This document shows, piece after piece, positions 47,549 through 58,042 of a stretch of 64,000 nucleotides of DNA. Positions within the stretch are counted from its first letter, which is position 1. Every line of letters begins with the position of its first letter. Both the position numbers and the translations under genes were made by a program. Source of the DNA: a virus; the IMG/VR virus record IMGVR_UViG_3300032304_000763, positions 7,548 to 71,547 of that record; one strand, 5' to 3'. A model generated the notes under the pieces. That model was not told the DNA's origin, searched no databases, and saw only the letters and a program-made list of their open reading frames with translations.

Positions 47549-48307
47549 ATGAAAATAGTACTTGTCACTGGCGGATTTGATCCCCTTCATTCTGGGCACA
47601 TTGCCTACTTCAAAGCAGCACGAACATTAGGCGATATGTTGATCGTAGGCCTAAATAGTGATGAATGGCTTATACGCAAAAAGGGTGCGGCGTTTATGCC
47701 CTGGAACGAACGTTTGTGTATTGTCAACAACTTAGCAATGGTAGATGAAGTCTTTACCTTTGATGATGAAGATGGCAGTGCCCGTCATTTTATCCAACAG
47801 GTGCGAGCACACTATCCTACAGCAGAATTAGTTTTTGCCAACGGTGGTGATCGCACACAAGACAACATACCCGAGATGGATGTTATAGATTCTAACTTAA
47901 CATTTGTGTTCGGTATCGGTGGTTTTAATAAAGCAAATTCTAGTTCTTGGATTCTACAAGAATGGAAAGCACCAAAGACAGAACGACCATGGGGTTACTA
48001 TCGAATACTTCACGATGTACCGGGAATGAAAGTCAAAGAACTTACCGTTGATCCAGGGAAGAGTCTAAGTATGCAACGGCATTGGATCAGATCCGAATAT
48101 TGGATAGTACAGGAAGGAACAGCAGTAGTTAATAGTCAAACGCCCAACGGTTATGCGTTACCTCCAAAAACATTAAACAAGTACGACGAATATCATGTAC
48201 CTACACTAGAATGGCACCAGTTAACAAATCCGTTGTCTGTGCCTTTACGAATAGTAGAAATACAATACGGTGAACGATGCGTCGAAGAGGATATAGAAAG
48301 AAAATGA
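47549..48307 (+). CDS. Cytidylyltransferase-like (HxGH) plus cupin (mannose-6-P isomerase type II-like) fusion
   Basis: TGGFDPLHSGH, GLNSDEWL.RKKG, FANGGDR; C-terminal RPWGYY...LSMQRH..RSEYW...WHQL.N...IVEIQYG..C.EEDIER. Confidence 0.85.
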   Translation: MKIVLVTGGFDPLHSGHIAYFKAARTLGDMLIVGLNSDEWLIRKKGAAFMPWNERLCIVNNLAMVDEVFTFDDEDGSARHFIQQVRAHYPTAELVFANGGDRTQDNIPEMDVIDSNLTFVFGIGGFNKANSSSWILQEWKAPKTERPWGYYRILHDVPGMKVKELTVDPGKSLSMQRHWIRSEYWIVQEGTAVVNSQTPNGYALPPKTLNKYDEYHVPTLEWHQLTNPLSVPLRIVEIQYGERCVEEDIERK

Positions 48308-48984
48308 TTAAAGTATTCATAGGATACGATCCTAGAGAAGCGATTGCGTTTCATGTATGTTCAAATAGTATTATTAGACATGCCACTAGGCCAGTTAGTA
48401 TTACTCCACTAGCTCTTAATAATTTTAAAGATTATAAAGAAACACACATGGATGGAAGTAACCAGTTTATCTATTCTAGATTTTTAACGCCCGTACTATC
48501 TGACTATATGGGATGGACATTATTTATAGATGGCGATATGATTTTACGTGAGGATATTGTAAAACTTTGGGAATTACGAGACGACTCTAAAGCAGTTATG
48601 GTTGTCAAGCACGATTATAAAACTAAGATGACAGAAAAATATCTTGGTAGTAAGAATGAAGATTACCCACGCAAGAATTGGTCAAGTGTTATTATGTGGA
48701 ACTGTAGTCACCCTAAAAATAGAGTACTTACTCCGGAGTTTGTTGAACAGGCAACCGGAGCACAGTTACATAGATTTACATGGTTAGATGATTCTGACAT
48801 TGGCCAATTACCCACCGAATGGAATTGGTTAGATGTTGAATATGAACACAATACAAACGCAAAACTAGTTCATTACACACTTGGTACACCGTGCTTTCAT
48901 GAATTTGCCGATCAAGGTAGCTTTGCTAATGAATGGCACAGAGAAAGAATACTGACCGAGCATTGCCAACAGAAAGATATATGA
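48304..48984 (+). CDS. Glycosyltransferase (GT-A fold, GT8-like)
   Basis: VFIGYDPRE, F.YSRFL.P, FIDGDM (DxD), YPRKNWSS, EWNWL, HYTLGTP. Confidence 0.78.
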   Translation: MIKVFIGYDPREAIAFHVCSNSIIRHATRPVSITPLALNNFKDYKETHMDGSNQFIYSRFLTPVLSDYMGWTLFIDGDMILREDIVKLWELRDDSKAVMVVKHDYKTKMTEKYLGSKNEDYPRKNWSSVIMWNCSHPKNRVLTPEFVEQATGAQLHRFTWLDDSDIGQLPTEWNWLDVEYEHNTNAKLVHYTLGTPCFHEFADQGSFANEWHRERILTEHCQQKDI

Positions 48985-49766
48985 TATTTTTAAGTAAAAA
49001 CGGCCAAGACGGCTACATTAATCAATTTTGTCGAGGCAGTAATGGACAATTAGTTAATACTAACAATTTTGTCTACGATGAGTCTACTGATCCTATTGTA
49101 TTACGAGGAATTCTCAAAGACAGTATTATGAAAAAATGTTGGAGAGATGGTAGAGATTTTTATTACGTAGACACTGGGTATTTTGGCAATGAAAAAACAC
49201 CAGCTAACCCTAATGGCTGGAAGTATTGGCATCGTATTGTAAAAAATAATTTACAACACGGAGAAATTATTCCTAGGCCAGATGACAGATTTAAACAGTT
49301 TAACAAAAAATTTAATCCATGGAAAAAACAAGGACGTAAGATTTTAATTGCCGCACCTGACGAAAAACCTTGTAAATTCTACGGTATTGACAAAGATACA
49401 TGGGTTAACGAAACTATAGAAACAATTAAAAAACATACAGATAGACCTATTGAAGTTCGTGAACGTGCTAAATTAAGAGCAGATAGATTAACTACAAATA
49501 CTTTACAACAAGCCTTAGACGATGATGTATTTGCTCTAGTAACATTTAACAGTGTTGCTGCTGTTGAAAGTATATTTCATGGTATTCCTGTGTTTACACT
49601 AGCACCCACAAATGCTGCTAGTCCTGTAAGTTTACAAGATTTAAGTCTTATAGATTCGCCTTACTATGTAGATGGCGATAAATTATATGCGTGGGGTTGC
49701 CACTTAGCCTACGGACAATTTCACGTTGACGAAATGAAAAATGGCAAAGTCTGGACCTTATTATGA
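48981..49766 (+). CDS. Putative GT-B glycosyltransferase (capsule biosynthesis KpsS/KpsC-like)
   Basis: YVDTGYF; C-terminal LVTFNSVAAVESIFHGIPVF; paralog of 50418-51359. Confidence 0.5.
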   Translation: MIFLSKNGQDGYINQFCRGSNGQLVNTNNFVYDESTDPIVLRGILKDSIMKKCWRDGRDFYYVDTGYFGNEKTPANPNGWKYWHRIVKNNLQHGEIIPRPDDRFKQFNKKFNPWKKQGRKILIAAPDEKPCKFYGIDKDTWVNETIETIKKHTDRPIEVRERAKLRADRLTTNTLQQALDDDVFALVTFNSVAAVESIFHGIPVFTLAPTNAASPVSLQDLSLIDSPYYVDGDKLYAWGCHLAYGQFHVDEMKNGKVWTLL

Positions 49767-50431
49767 AATTACATTTTATTACTAGCATCTCAAAAGAGTA
49801 TTGGTTTGACACAGCAAAGAAGTGTATATCGACCTGGAATTTGCCAGGCGATGTAACTATCTTTATCGATCAGCAATACGGTGATTTAGACTGGATTAAA
49901 GAAATTCCGTATCACACACGTCTATTATCAGTGCCGCCATTGAGAGTTGACGAATTTACTAATACTGCTAAAGTTAGAAAATTTTGGGGCAAGACTTGTT
50001 CTCAGATCGTAGCAGTTAGAAATCGCGACGAAAATGAGCGAGTCGTATGGATTGACGGAGACGTTGAACAGATTAGCGAAGTGCCCAGAGAACTGTTTGA
50101 TTTTGATTTTGAAGAACCCTTAGCTATGCTGAACAGCAATAACAATCAAGATTGTTGGGAAACTGGCATTGTTATTTTTAATCAGCAAAATGGAAAATTA
50201 AATCAGGTAATGAAACGATATGAGAACGCATGGCAAGATGAAGAAATACTTACTAGTCTCTGGAAACCATATGACGCCCAGGTATTAGGGTATGTTGCTG
50301 GCGATCGTTTTAAAAACTTATGTAATGAATCTTGTAAGAATGCCGATGCGTTAAAACACAGTGCCTTAGGGGCATATTTTATACATTGGATTAATAAAAC
50401 AAACAAATCAAAGTTAAATGAACAAGATTAA
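49763..50431 (+). CDS. Putative GT-A glycosyltransferase
   Basis: VVWIDGDV DxD motif, ETGIVIFN; paralog of 54511-55326. Confidence 0.55.
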   Translation: MKLHFITSISKEYWFDTAKKCISTWNLPGDVTIFIDQQYGDLDWIKEIPYHTRLLSVPPLRVDEFTNTAKVRKFWGKTCSQIVAVRNRDENERVVWIDGDVEQISEVPRELFDFDFEEPLAMLNSNNNQDCWETGIVIFNQQNGKLNQVMKRYENAWQDEEILTSLWKPYDAQVLGYVAGDRFKNLCNESCKNADALKHSALGAYFIHWINKTNKSKLNEQD

Positions 50432-51359
50432 AGTAGTTGGTTATCTTTCAGGAATACCTCCTGGCATTAAAAATCAACACAAGCGTGATATCATTCTACG
50501 GTTCATTGAAGGCGTAAACAAATCTGGCGATGTTGGTATATTACAAAATAGTAGAGATACTATGCCCGCAGACATTGCTTTTATTCAGGGGTGGGTCCAT
50601 GCTGGTAGCGGAGACTCTGCTCACCTAAACATAAGAAAACAAGTAATTCAACAACAAAAAACACTAGGCAAGCATACGTTAGTAGTTGACAGTAATTTGT
50701 TTAATTACGCAGATCCTGACAACAAAGATAGATATTTAAGATATAGTTTTGACGGAGTATTTCCGACTACAGGTAATTATTTTTCTAGCAAAGTTGATCC
50801 TAGTCGTTGGCAACAAATTAGCAAAGATCAAAATATTACTCTTAAGCCTTGGAGAACATCTGGTAATCATATACTGATATGTACACAGCGTCCTGGCGGC
50901 TGGAGCATGGGCGGGCTAGACGTTAATCAATGGCTGAACTACACTATTGCCGAATTAAGAAAATATACTAATCGGCCAATAGTTGTTAGGTCTCATCCCG
51001 GCGCCAAGGGATCTAAAGAAAGTGTATCTGTAAATAATCGACAAGGATTGTATACTGTTAGTTCAAATAAATTTATCACAGATGATTTAAAAAATTCCCA
51101 TGCTGTGATTACATTTAATAGTTCGCCAGGTGTTGCCGCAGCGATAGAAGGAATTCCCGTGTTTGTCACAGACCCTAATCCTCGTATGAGTCAAGCCTAC
51201 GAAGTTAGTAATCATTCTTTATCGTTGATAGAAAATCCACGTATGCCTGAAAGACAAGAATGGATAGAACGTTTATCAATGAGTCATTGGAACAACGAAG
51301 AATCACGCAGCGGAGCAGCGTGGCAACATATAAAACAGTTTATCGCCAATGTTGTTTAA
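50418..51359 (+). CDS. Putative GT-B glycosyltransferase (capsule biosynthesis KpsS/KpsC-like)
   Basis: IVVRSHP, VITFNSSPGVAAAIEGIPVF. Confidence 0.5.
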   Translation: MNKIKVVGYLSGIPPGIKNQHKRDIILRFIEGVNKSGDVGILQNSRDTMPADIAFIQGWVHAGSGDSAHLNIRKQVIQQQKTLGKHTLVVDSNLFNYADPDNKDRYLRYSFDGVFPTTGNYFSSKVDPSRWQQISKDQNITLKPWRTSGNHILICTQRPGGWSMGGLDVNQWLNYTIAELRKYTNRPIVVRSHPGAKGSKESVSVNNRQGLYTVSSNKFITDDLKNSHAVITFNSSPGVAAAIEGIPVFVTDPNPRMSQAYEVSNHSLSLIENPRMPERQEWIERLSMSHWNNEESRSGAAWQHIKQFIANVV

Positions 51360-51981
51360 CTAACGGGTGGTTGGGCAAGGTTGACGGTTTAGTATGAATT
51401 TTTCTAAAATGTAAAATTTTTACATTAGACAAATCTAACAAGTGATCTTTTTTGTTTACTATATGGAACCATTTAGAAGGTATGTGATCAGTGAACAGCG
51501 TATGGCTAACATTCTCACTAATTAGTGCCTGGTCGCCGTACAAAGGCGGAGTGCTATATAGTTCTTTCCAGTGTGCTAACGGCTTTGACAGATACAACTC
51601 CCATAAAAAACCGTAGTCGCCCTGCCACCACATCATAGCACTAGAATGAATTTGTTTGTCGGCCTCTAGCCACATTACAAATTTTTTATCCATTACGGAT
51701 TTTATTATTTCATCTATATTATCGCATATCACAGTGTCTAGGTCTAGATATAACACCGGACCGTCAAAAAGTTTTGGTTTGAATAATTGAAGTTTTGCCC
51801 AAAACCCATCACCGTCGGTATCCAAAGGAATGCGTTCGCATGGAACATCACAGTCACTAAGGCAAATAAATCTATGAGGTAATGTAAGATTCCTAGCCAC
51901 TGAGTTTTTAAGTTTTTCAACCCAAGTAGCATCGTAGCCTACTTTGCCGCCTTCTCTTAAAACACAAACTACGTTAATCAT
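51340..51981 (-). CDS. Putative GT-A glycosyltransferase
   Basis: FICLSD, W.KLQLF, LYLDLDTVI (DxD), SAMMWW, GDQ. Confidence 0.65.
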   Translation of the reverse strand: MINVVCVLREGGKVGYDATWVEKLKNSVARNLTLPHRFICLSDCDVPCERIPLDTDGDGFWAKLQLFKPKLFDGPVLYLDLDTVICDNIDEIIKSVMDKKFVMWLEADKQIHSSAMMWWQGDYGFLWELYLSKPLAHWKELYSTPPLYGDQALISENVSHTLFTDHIPSKWFHIVNKKDHLLDLSNVKILHFRKIHTKPSTLPNHPLVKQHWR

Positions 51982-52516
51982 GATATCTCTGTAAAACTAA
52001 TAAGCCAGATTCTCTATTACAATGTTCTACGATACGCCAGTTGTTATTATTCATTAAGAATTCAGCAGCGGCCTCGAATACTCCAGGCCACGCAGTAGTA
52101 TCATGAAATATAATAAACTTTTTTATTTTATCTGCGTGAAGACGAAGCTCTTCTTGGGTGTGCTTTTTTTTATGTACAGTATCTATAAACAAAAGATCAG
52201 CTTCTTCAATATCAATAGCTAAACTATCACCAATAATAAATTGAAAATCAATATTTTTAGAAACGGCATGAAATTCTAAATCAGGTAATACCGATAAGTA
52301 TTTGTCAGTGATGTCATAACTCCTCAGTTTCTTTGGAGCTCCGGTTAAAAAGGCAGCAGTGCTTAAACCAGTATAGACACCAAATTCTACAATGCTATCA
52401 ACTTGGCTGGCATATCTTGCGTAGGTGTCAAATCTACTAGGGCTATCGCCTAACCATTCTGTTGGTTTTATTTTTAGTTCTAAAAATTCTGATTTTAATT
52501 GTTCAATAGTTCTCAT
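51974..52516 (-). CDS. Class I SAM-dependent methyltransferase
   Basis: IVEFGVYTGLST, DLLFIDT.H, IIFHDT. Confidence 0.75.
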   Translation of the reverse strand: MRTIEQLKSEFLELKIKPTEWLGDSPSRFDTYARYASQVDSIVEFGVYTGLSTAAFLTGAPKKLRSYDITDKYLSVLPDLEFHAVSKNIDFQFIIGDSLAIDIEEADLLFIDTVHKKKHTQEELRLHADKIKKFIIFHDTTAWPGVFEAAAEFLMNNNNWRIVEHCNRESGLLVLQRYHD

Positions 52517-53153
52517 GTTTATACACAATATCGTGTCCCCAATTTAGATAAACCGAATAACCCCAACTTTTTAATAAGTTGTCAATTTTTAGTTGAGGCC
52601 ATCCGTACTCGTCACCACTGCCATTTGTTTCTAAAACAATTAACGGTGTGTAACTTTTTATTGTTGCTTCGGCTCCTTCTAGTGCCGGTCCTTCGAATCC
52701 TTCAATGTCTAGATGAATTAAATCTGGTTGGACATTGAGAGAATCAATAGTAACTTGTTTAATATTACCAGAATCTTTTATTTTTAAAGCTCCGCTATTT
52801 TGTATATCCCATAGCGGATTAGTTGTTAGCCCTACCAATCTAATGTCACTGCCAAGGGCATACGGATACTTAACAACATTGTCGGATGGTGCGTTTTGTG
52901 TTAAACAATAATAATTATCAGGATCAGGTTCACATGTTATAACGGTATTGAAAATCTTACTATATAACAACGGATATAATCCAGCATTGCCGCCTGCTTG
53001 AATCACTGTTTCTTTATTTTTACAAAGAGTTGAGATCTTATTGGGCAAATCCCAATGCTCTTTTTTATTCAACCACTTCCATGCCCACACATCATCCTTT
53101 GGCCATAGAAATGTAGAATCGTGCCGTTTGCTATATCGATTTTCAAATTGCAT
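52503..53153 (-). CDS. FkbM-family methyltransferase
   Basis: VIQAGGNAGLY, EPDP.NY, TIDSL, LIHLDIEGFE..AL.GA..TI....P.IVLE. Confidence 0.85.
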   Translation of the reverse strand: MQFENRYSKRHDSTFLWPKDDVWAWKWLNKKEHWDLPNKISTLCKNKETVIQAGGNAGLYPLLYSKIFNTVITCEPDPDNYYCLTQNAPSDNVVKYPYALGSDIRLVGLTTNPLWDIQNSGALKIKDSGNIKQVTIDSLNVQPDLIHLDIEGFEGPALEGAEATIKSYTPLIVLETNGSGDEYGWPQLKIDNLLKSWGYSVYLNWGHDIVYKHENY

Positions 53154-53157
53154 TATT

Positions 53158-53844
53158 TCAATTTCCCCAAAAATGTGTTCTTATTAACGACGACTTACCA
53201 TCTGTGGGGTTTCTATCTTCGGCTTTGCCCATCATATAACTATGTATTTGAATTTTTACCAGGTGTTGATTAATAGCATTGTCTGCTGGTAAAAACGTAT
53301 TTTTGTATTCTTCAACTAAAATTTTAGCAGCATGAGGTTTGATCAAGTATCCTGCGTTACCGGGCATTGATGACTGATAATATACCTCAGCAATAGGCTC
53401 GCCTTCCGGAGTAAGCAAATACTGCCAATATTTTCTCATCTTTTTCTCATGACTAGACGCAACTGATAACACGTCAATCCATTCTACTGGCTCGTATTTT
53501 CTTATAACTCTAGCATCGTCTTCCCAAATAAAAATTGTTTCGTTAAGTTCAACACATTTTTGCCATAGTCTGTAATGGCTGGAAAAACACCCAATTTCTC
53601 CGGGTTTTTTATGCTCTTCTCTATCTCTATATTCGTCAGGAAATAAATCTGAAGGCCCACCTTTGAATCCCCATGGATGATATCGCTTGCCTTCTTTTAA
53701 AAATTGTTCTTTAACTTCGTTGCCGTAGGAACCTTCGAACAACTCGACCGGCATTTTAAAATTTTCCAGTTGAGATTTCAAAATTAACGCAGATTCTAAA
53801 CTACTTTGTATTTTTGAAAGATGTATGATGAATGATTTATACAT
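53158..53844 (-). CDS. GT25-family glycosyltransferase
   Basis: FIIHL, GEIGCF.SHY.LW.KC, IWEDDA, GYLIKP.AA..L, PAD. Confidence 0.82.
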   Translation of the reverse strand: MYKSFIIHLSKIQSSLESALILKSQLENFKMPVELFEGSYGNEVKEQFLKEGKRYHPWGFKGGPSDLFPDEYRDREEHKKPGEIGCFSSHYRLWQKCVELNETIFIWEDDARVIRKYEPVEWIDVLSVASSHEKKMRKYWQYLLTPEGEPIAEVYYQSSMPGNAGYLIKPHAAKILVEEYKNTFLPADNAINQHLVKIQIHSYMMGKAEDRNPTDGKSSLIRTHFWGN

Positions 53845-54514
53845 TAAATTTCTCTAAATTTTTAGTAAGACTAAATTTTCTTAAATTTTTCATATTAAAA
53901 AAATCATGTAGTCTAATAATAGGTACAGTGGTGGTTTTTAAATTAATTATGTCAACACCAATGTGTTTGTCAGTGGGCAATGCCCCTTTGTCGAGAGCAA
54001 ATTTTATCAAACGCCTTGCTCCTTCCGGTTTTATCAAATAGCCATATGCTCCGGGGAGATAGCCTCCTGCCTTGTCTTTGTATTTTATATCAGCTGGTTG
54101 ATAATTTATGGGTAGTGTTAGGCTTTTTTCAACTTTTTCGTTGTACGATTCGTTAAAGTGATCATAGGGATCTAAATTTAATACATGCTCAAAATGATTT
54201 TCAACATCTTCTGGTAATTTTCTAATAAAAATTCCATCGTGTTCACAAATTAAAAATGTTTCGGTTTGTTCGGCACATTTTTTCCATATTTCGTAATGAC
54301 TTAAGAAGCATCCTTGGACACCTGGCAGTTTTTCTATCTTGTCTTGAAGAAACTTTTTAATTCCGTACTCTTGAAATTTGTGCTGATCCTTAGTGCCGTC
54401 ACAGCCAATCCAGCCTCGAAGATCAACTCCAAATTTTTCTGCTTCAGCAACCGCTTCTTGAGCAAATTTCACACTCATGTCTATGCGATCTTGATAAATT
54501 ACAAAACTTTTCAT
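53837..54514 (-). CDS. GT25-family glycosyltransferase (paralog)
   Basis: GVQGCFLSHYEIWKKC, ICEHDG, GAYGYLIKP.GA..L, PTD. Confidence 0.8.
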   Translation of the reverse strand: MKSFVIYQDRIDMSVKFAQEAVAEAEKFGVDLRGWIGCDGTKDQHKFQEYGIKKFLQDKIEKLPGVQGCFLSHYEIWKKCAEQTETFLICEHDGIFIRKLPEDVENHFEHVLNLDPYDHFNESYNEKVEKSLTLPINYQPADIKYKDKAGGYLPGAYGYLIKPEGARRLIKFALDKGALPTDKHIGVDIINLKTTTVPIIRLHDFFNMKNLRKFSLTKNLEKFNV

Positions 54515-55326
54515 CGCCAGTACGCTTCGGTCCTTTGAATTTTTAGATCTTTTTTAAGACTTTTGCCGGCGACTTTTCTTTCGCCTTTGAGGTGGTCTAA
54601 GTAGGCACCCCACTCACAATTAATCAACGGATGACCTTCGCCTTTTATCACCCCCTTACTCCAATTTAGCTGTTTTAGGGATGGGAATTGTCTACGTACA
54701 GCATCGAACACATAACTGTCGTGCCACTCGTCTAAGGTAAAAATTCCAGTTTCTGCCTGGTCGTACATTCTTTGAAACTCGGATAAAAATGCCTGAGTTG
54801 CTTGGGATTTTAAATTCATCGAATACAGTCCGCACTCGGAAAATTTGCCATCTCTGCCAAGAAAACACAGGTCCATGTCTTGTGGTATGAGACTGTTGAT
54901 TTTTTCTACAGTAATTGGACTGTGACAAATCATGTCGGCGTCCATCCAAATTAATACGTCAGCATCACAGTTCTTAGCACAGTGAAAAATTGAATAAACC
55001 TTGTGAGCAAATCTCACAGCATCCCATTTAAAAGGCTTGTGACTGTCTTTTCTTGCGGCTAATTTTGGAAATGATGAAATGTCTCCGTTGGCGTGTGGCA
55101 CATCTTTCCAACGAGTCTTAAATGCTATTAGATCAGGTACACCTGTGTCTAAATCGATAAGAGCAGTGCGTGAATGATCATGTACCAGCGGATTAACTTT
55201 TTCTGGATACAGGTATAAAGTAACTTCTTTAGGCCAGTTTTTTACGTAAGTTTCAATCATCTTACGACCGTACTTATTGTACCCTGATTCATTAAAGGTT
55301 GTGACTACCGCAAATTTTCTACTCAT
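54511..55326 (-). CDS. Putative GT-A glycosyltransferase
   Basis: WDAVRFAHKV, LIWMDADM, SECG, EWHDSYVFD, DHLKG; late promoter (55343-55348, minus strand) and GGAGG SD. Confidence 0.6.
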   Translation of the reverse strand: MSRKFAVVTTFNESGYNKYGRKMIETYVKNWPKEVTLYLYPEKVNPLVHDHSRTALIDLDTGVPDLIAFKTRWKDVPHANGDISSFPKLAARKDSHKPFKWDAVRFAHKVYSIFHCAKNCDADVLIWMDADMICHSPITVEKINSLIPQDMDLCFLGRDGKFSECGLYSMNLKSQATQAFLSEFQRMYDQAETGIFTLDEWHDSYVFDAVRRQFPSLKQLNWSKGVIKGEGHPLINCEWGAYLDHLKGERKVAGKSLKKDLKIQRTEAYWR

Positions 55327-55398
55327 AAACCCCTCCAATTGTTATTTATTGGCTGGAAAAGACTTGTGTTTTTTATTTGTTTCTGTTATTATAATACA

Positions 55399-56598
55399 AT
55401 GTCAAACAACCCCTTCATTGAAGACATTTTTATTGATTTAGCTGATACGATCATGGCTGGGTCTATCATTGTTCCGCAAGTTGACTACGACCCAATAATT
55501 AGTTTTTATAACACAATCTTAAGTGGCAAACAGCTGACTAAGAAGCAAGCCGACTACCTTATAAGACTATTGATCAAGTATCAAACAGTCTACGAGTCTA
55601 TTGTAAATATCAGCATTGCTAATGTAATTACAAATCCAGTGTGGAGACAGCCGTTTAGAATCTTAGATTATTCTAAGAGTGTTTCTGTGGCTCCTAGCGA
55701 GGCAGGTATTGATTACATACATTTAAAATTTCCGTTCGCTCTTAAAGATACGTTTATCGCAGAATTTGCCACTTCTCGTGGAAAATCTCCAGCTACGTGG
55801 GACGCAGAAGAAAAAGTTCAAAAAATAAAAATACACGATATTAATATTATCCAGTTGTATGAGTTTGTTAAGAAAAATAATTTTGACATAACCGATGATT
55901 TTTTATCAGTGGTATCTCAAGTTGAAGAAATTTGGGCCAGTGGAGAAGAATTGTTGCCGAGGTCTTGCGTGGTCGATAGCAACGTTGAAATAGTCAATTA
56001 TACCGATTCGGCAAAAGAGTATTTTAATCAAAACAAATCTAACTCCGTAATTAAAGATCTATTCTTAGCTAGGAGCATGGGATACCCTTTGGCTAATTCA
56101 GATAAAACAAACAGACTGGATCGACTATTTTCATCAATGGACACAAACTTTTGGATTCGAGATCTCGAAGACTGTTTTAAATTTATCAAAGACATTGACT
56201 TATTTCCAATTGTGGTATTTTTAGATCGTGCTAGTAATGTAATGGAAGATATTAACACCTATTATTCAGCATTTAAAACCACCGGGTTTGATGAAAAAAC
56301 TATAAGAGTATGTTTTAGATTTAGCAACGACGAAGAAGGTGGTAAAAAGTTTAATCGATGGATAAAAGAAGTTGGGTTAGGCGGATCAATGTTATCGGGT
56401 AAGATTTTTATCTGTCAACACAAGCCGCCAAAATGGATGCTCTCACCTAATTTTTCACCAAAGATTTTAATAAGTAATAGCCTCTACCCGTCCACAAGTC
56501 AGCAGACATCACACTTTATCAAACATCATCATACTGTGTTTTATGTTGGCAATGTCAAACCTTCAATGAACAAGGAATATAGAATTGTCGAATTGTAA
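55399..56598 (+). CDS. Hypothetical protein upstream of uvsW
   Basis: 399-aa ORF; sigma70-like TTGTGT-N17-(TGn)TATTAT ends 6 nt before the ATG. Confidence 0.6.
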   Translation: MSNNPFIEDIFIDLADTIMAGSIIVPQVDYDPIISFYNTILSGKQLTKKQADYLIRLLIKYQTVYESIVNISIANVITNPVWRQPFRILDYSKSVSVAPSEAGIDYIHLKFPFALKDTFIAEFATSRGKSPATWDAEEKVQKIKIHDINIIQLYEFVKKNNFDITDDFLSVVSQVEEIWASGEELLPRSCVVDSNVEIVNYTDSAKEYFNQNKSNSVIKDLFLARSMGYPLANSDKTNRLDRLFSSMDTNFWIRDLEDCFKFIKDIDLFPIVVFLDRASNVMEDINTYYSAFKTTGFDEKTIRVCFRFSNDEEGGKKFNRWIKEVGLGGSMLSGKIFICQHKPPKWMLSPNFSPKILISNSLYPSTSQQTSHFIKHHHTVFYVGNVKPSMNKEYRIVEL

Positions 56599-58042
56599 AT
56601 TAACTATTAAAGACGAAGTAAACATTAAATTTGAAGGACTGACAATTGAAACTAGACGTAAGTTAGCCAATAAGTTTAAGATTGAAGTGCCGTGGGCTAG
56701 ATATCAACCATCCTATAGATTAGGTCGTTGGGATGGTACTGTTGCTTTCTTTGGTATCGGCGGCACAGGTTATATGTGCCATCTTGAAGAAATATTAGAC
56801 ATCGTTGCAAATGCCGGGTATGACATCGAAGTTGAGGATCTAAGGCACCCCACACAACTGGCGTTTACTAAAGTCACAGAAACGTATTGGGCAGATCAAG
56901 GCAAGACATGGCCTAAAGGTCACATCATGGAAGGTAAGCCAATCATGCTGAGAGATTATCAGTATGAGGCTATAAACAAGTTTTTAGAAAACCCTCAATC
57001 TTTACAAGAAATTGCCACAGGTGCTGGTAAAACTATTACTACAGCTACACTAAGTCATTGTTGTGAGCAGTATGGCAGGACTATAATTGTTGTGCCTAAT
57101 AAATCGTTAGTAGAACAAACAGAAGAAGACTTTCGAAATGTTGGTTTAGATGTCGGTGTGTATTACGGTGATAGAAAAGAACTAGGCAAAACACATACTA
57201 TATGTACGTGGCAAAGTCTTAACGTGTTGGATAAAAAGTCAAAAGATAATTCCGAAGCAATGACACTTGGCGATTTTCTAGAAGGTGTTGTGGCATTTAT
57301 TGTCGACGAAGTTCACCAAGCAAAAGCAGAAGTTCTTAAAAATATTCTTACAAGAGACCTAGCACATTGTCCAATTCGCTGGGGCTTAACGGGTACTGTG
57401 CCTAAAGAAAAGTTTGAATTTCAAAGCATCCTAGCCAGCATTGGTCCTGTAATTAATCGAATATCGGCACACGAATTACAACAAAAAGATGTGCTGGCAC
57501 AATGCCATGTTAACATTCTACAAACAATCGAAATCAAAGAATTTAGAAGTTATCCAGAAGAATTAAAATATCTAACCACTGACTCCGATAGAATTGATTG
57601 GCTAGCAAATAAGATCAAAGACATAGCAACTAGTGGCAATACTCTTGTTTTGATTGATAGAATTGAAACCGGCAAGCTACTGATAGAAAGAATACCGGAA
57701 GCTGATTTTGTTAGTGGTGCCGTAAAATCTAAAGATAGAAAAGAAACATATGATGAAATTAAAACAAGCAGTAATAACATTATTGTGGCGACTTATGGTG
57801 TGGCCGCTGTGGGTATTAATATTCCTAGGATCTTTAATTTGGTTCTTATGGAACCCGGAAAGAGCTTTGTCCGTGTTATCCAATCTATTGGACGAGGTGT
57901 TAGGAAAGCGGAAGACAAAGACTTCGTCCAAATCTGGGATATAACAGGCGGAACAAAATATGCCAAACGTCACTTAACAGAACGCAAGAAATTTTACAAG
58001 GATGCTCAGTATCCTTTCAATATAACCAAGGTAACCATATGA
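56585..58042 (+). CDS. uvsW: SF2 DNA helicase UvsW
   Basis: LRDYQ, ATGAGKT, VDEVH, GLTGT, ATYGVAAVGINIP, QSIGRGVR. Confidence 0.9.
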   Translation: MSNCKLTIKDEVNIKFEGLTIETRRKLANKFKIEVPWARYQPSYRLGRWDGTVAFFGIGGTGYMCHLEEILDIVANAGYDIEVEDLRHPTQLAFTKVTETYWADQGKTWPKGHIMEGKPIMLRDYQYEAINKFLENPQSLQEIATGAGKTITTATLSHCCEQYGRTIIVVPNKSLVEQTEEDFRNVGLDVGVYYGDRKELGKTHTICTWQSLNVLDKKSKDNSEAMTLGDFLEGVVAFIVDEVHQAKAEVLKNILTRDLAHCPIRWGLTGTVPKEKFEFQSILASIGPVINRISAHELQQKDVLAQCHVNILQTIEIKEFRSYPEELKYLTTDSDRIDWLANKIKDIATSGNTLVLIDRIETGKLLIERIPEADFVSGAVKSKDRKETYDEIKTSSNNIIVATYGVAAVGINIPRIFNLVLMEPGKSFVRVIQSIGRGVRKAEDKDFVQIWDITGGTKYAKRHLTERKKFYKDAQYPFNITKVTI

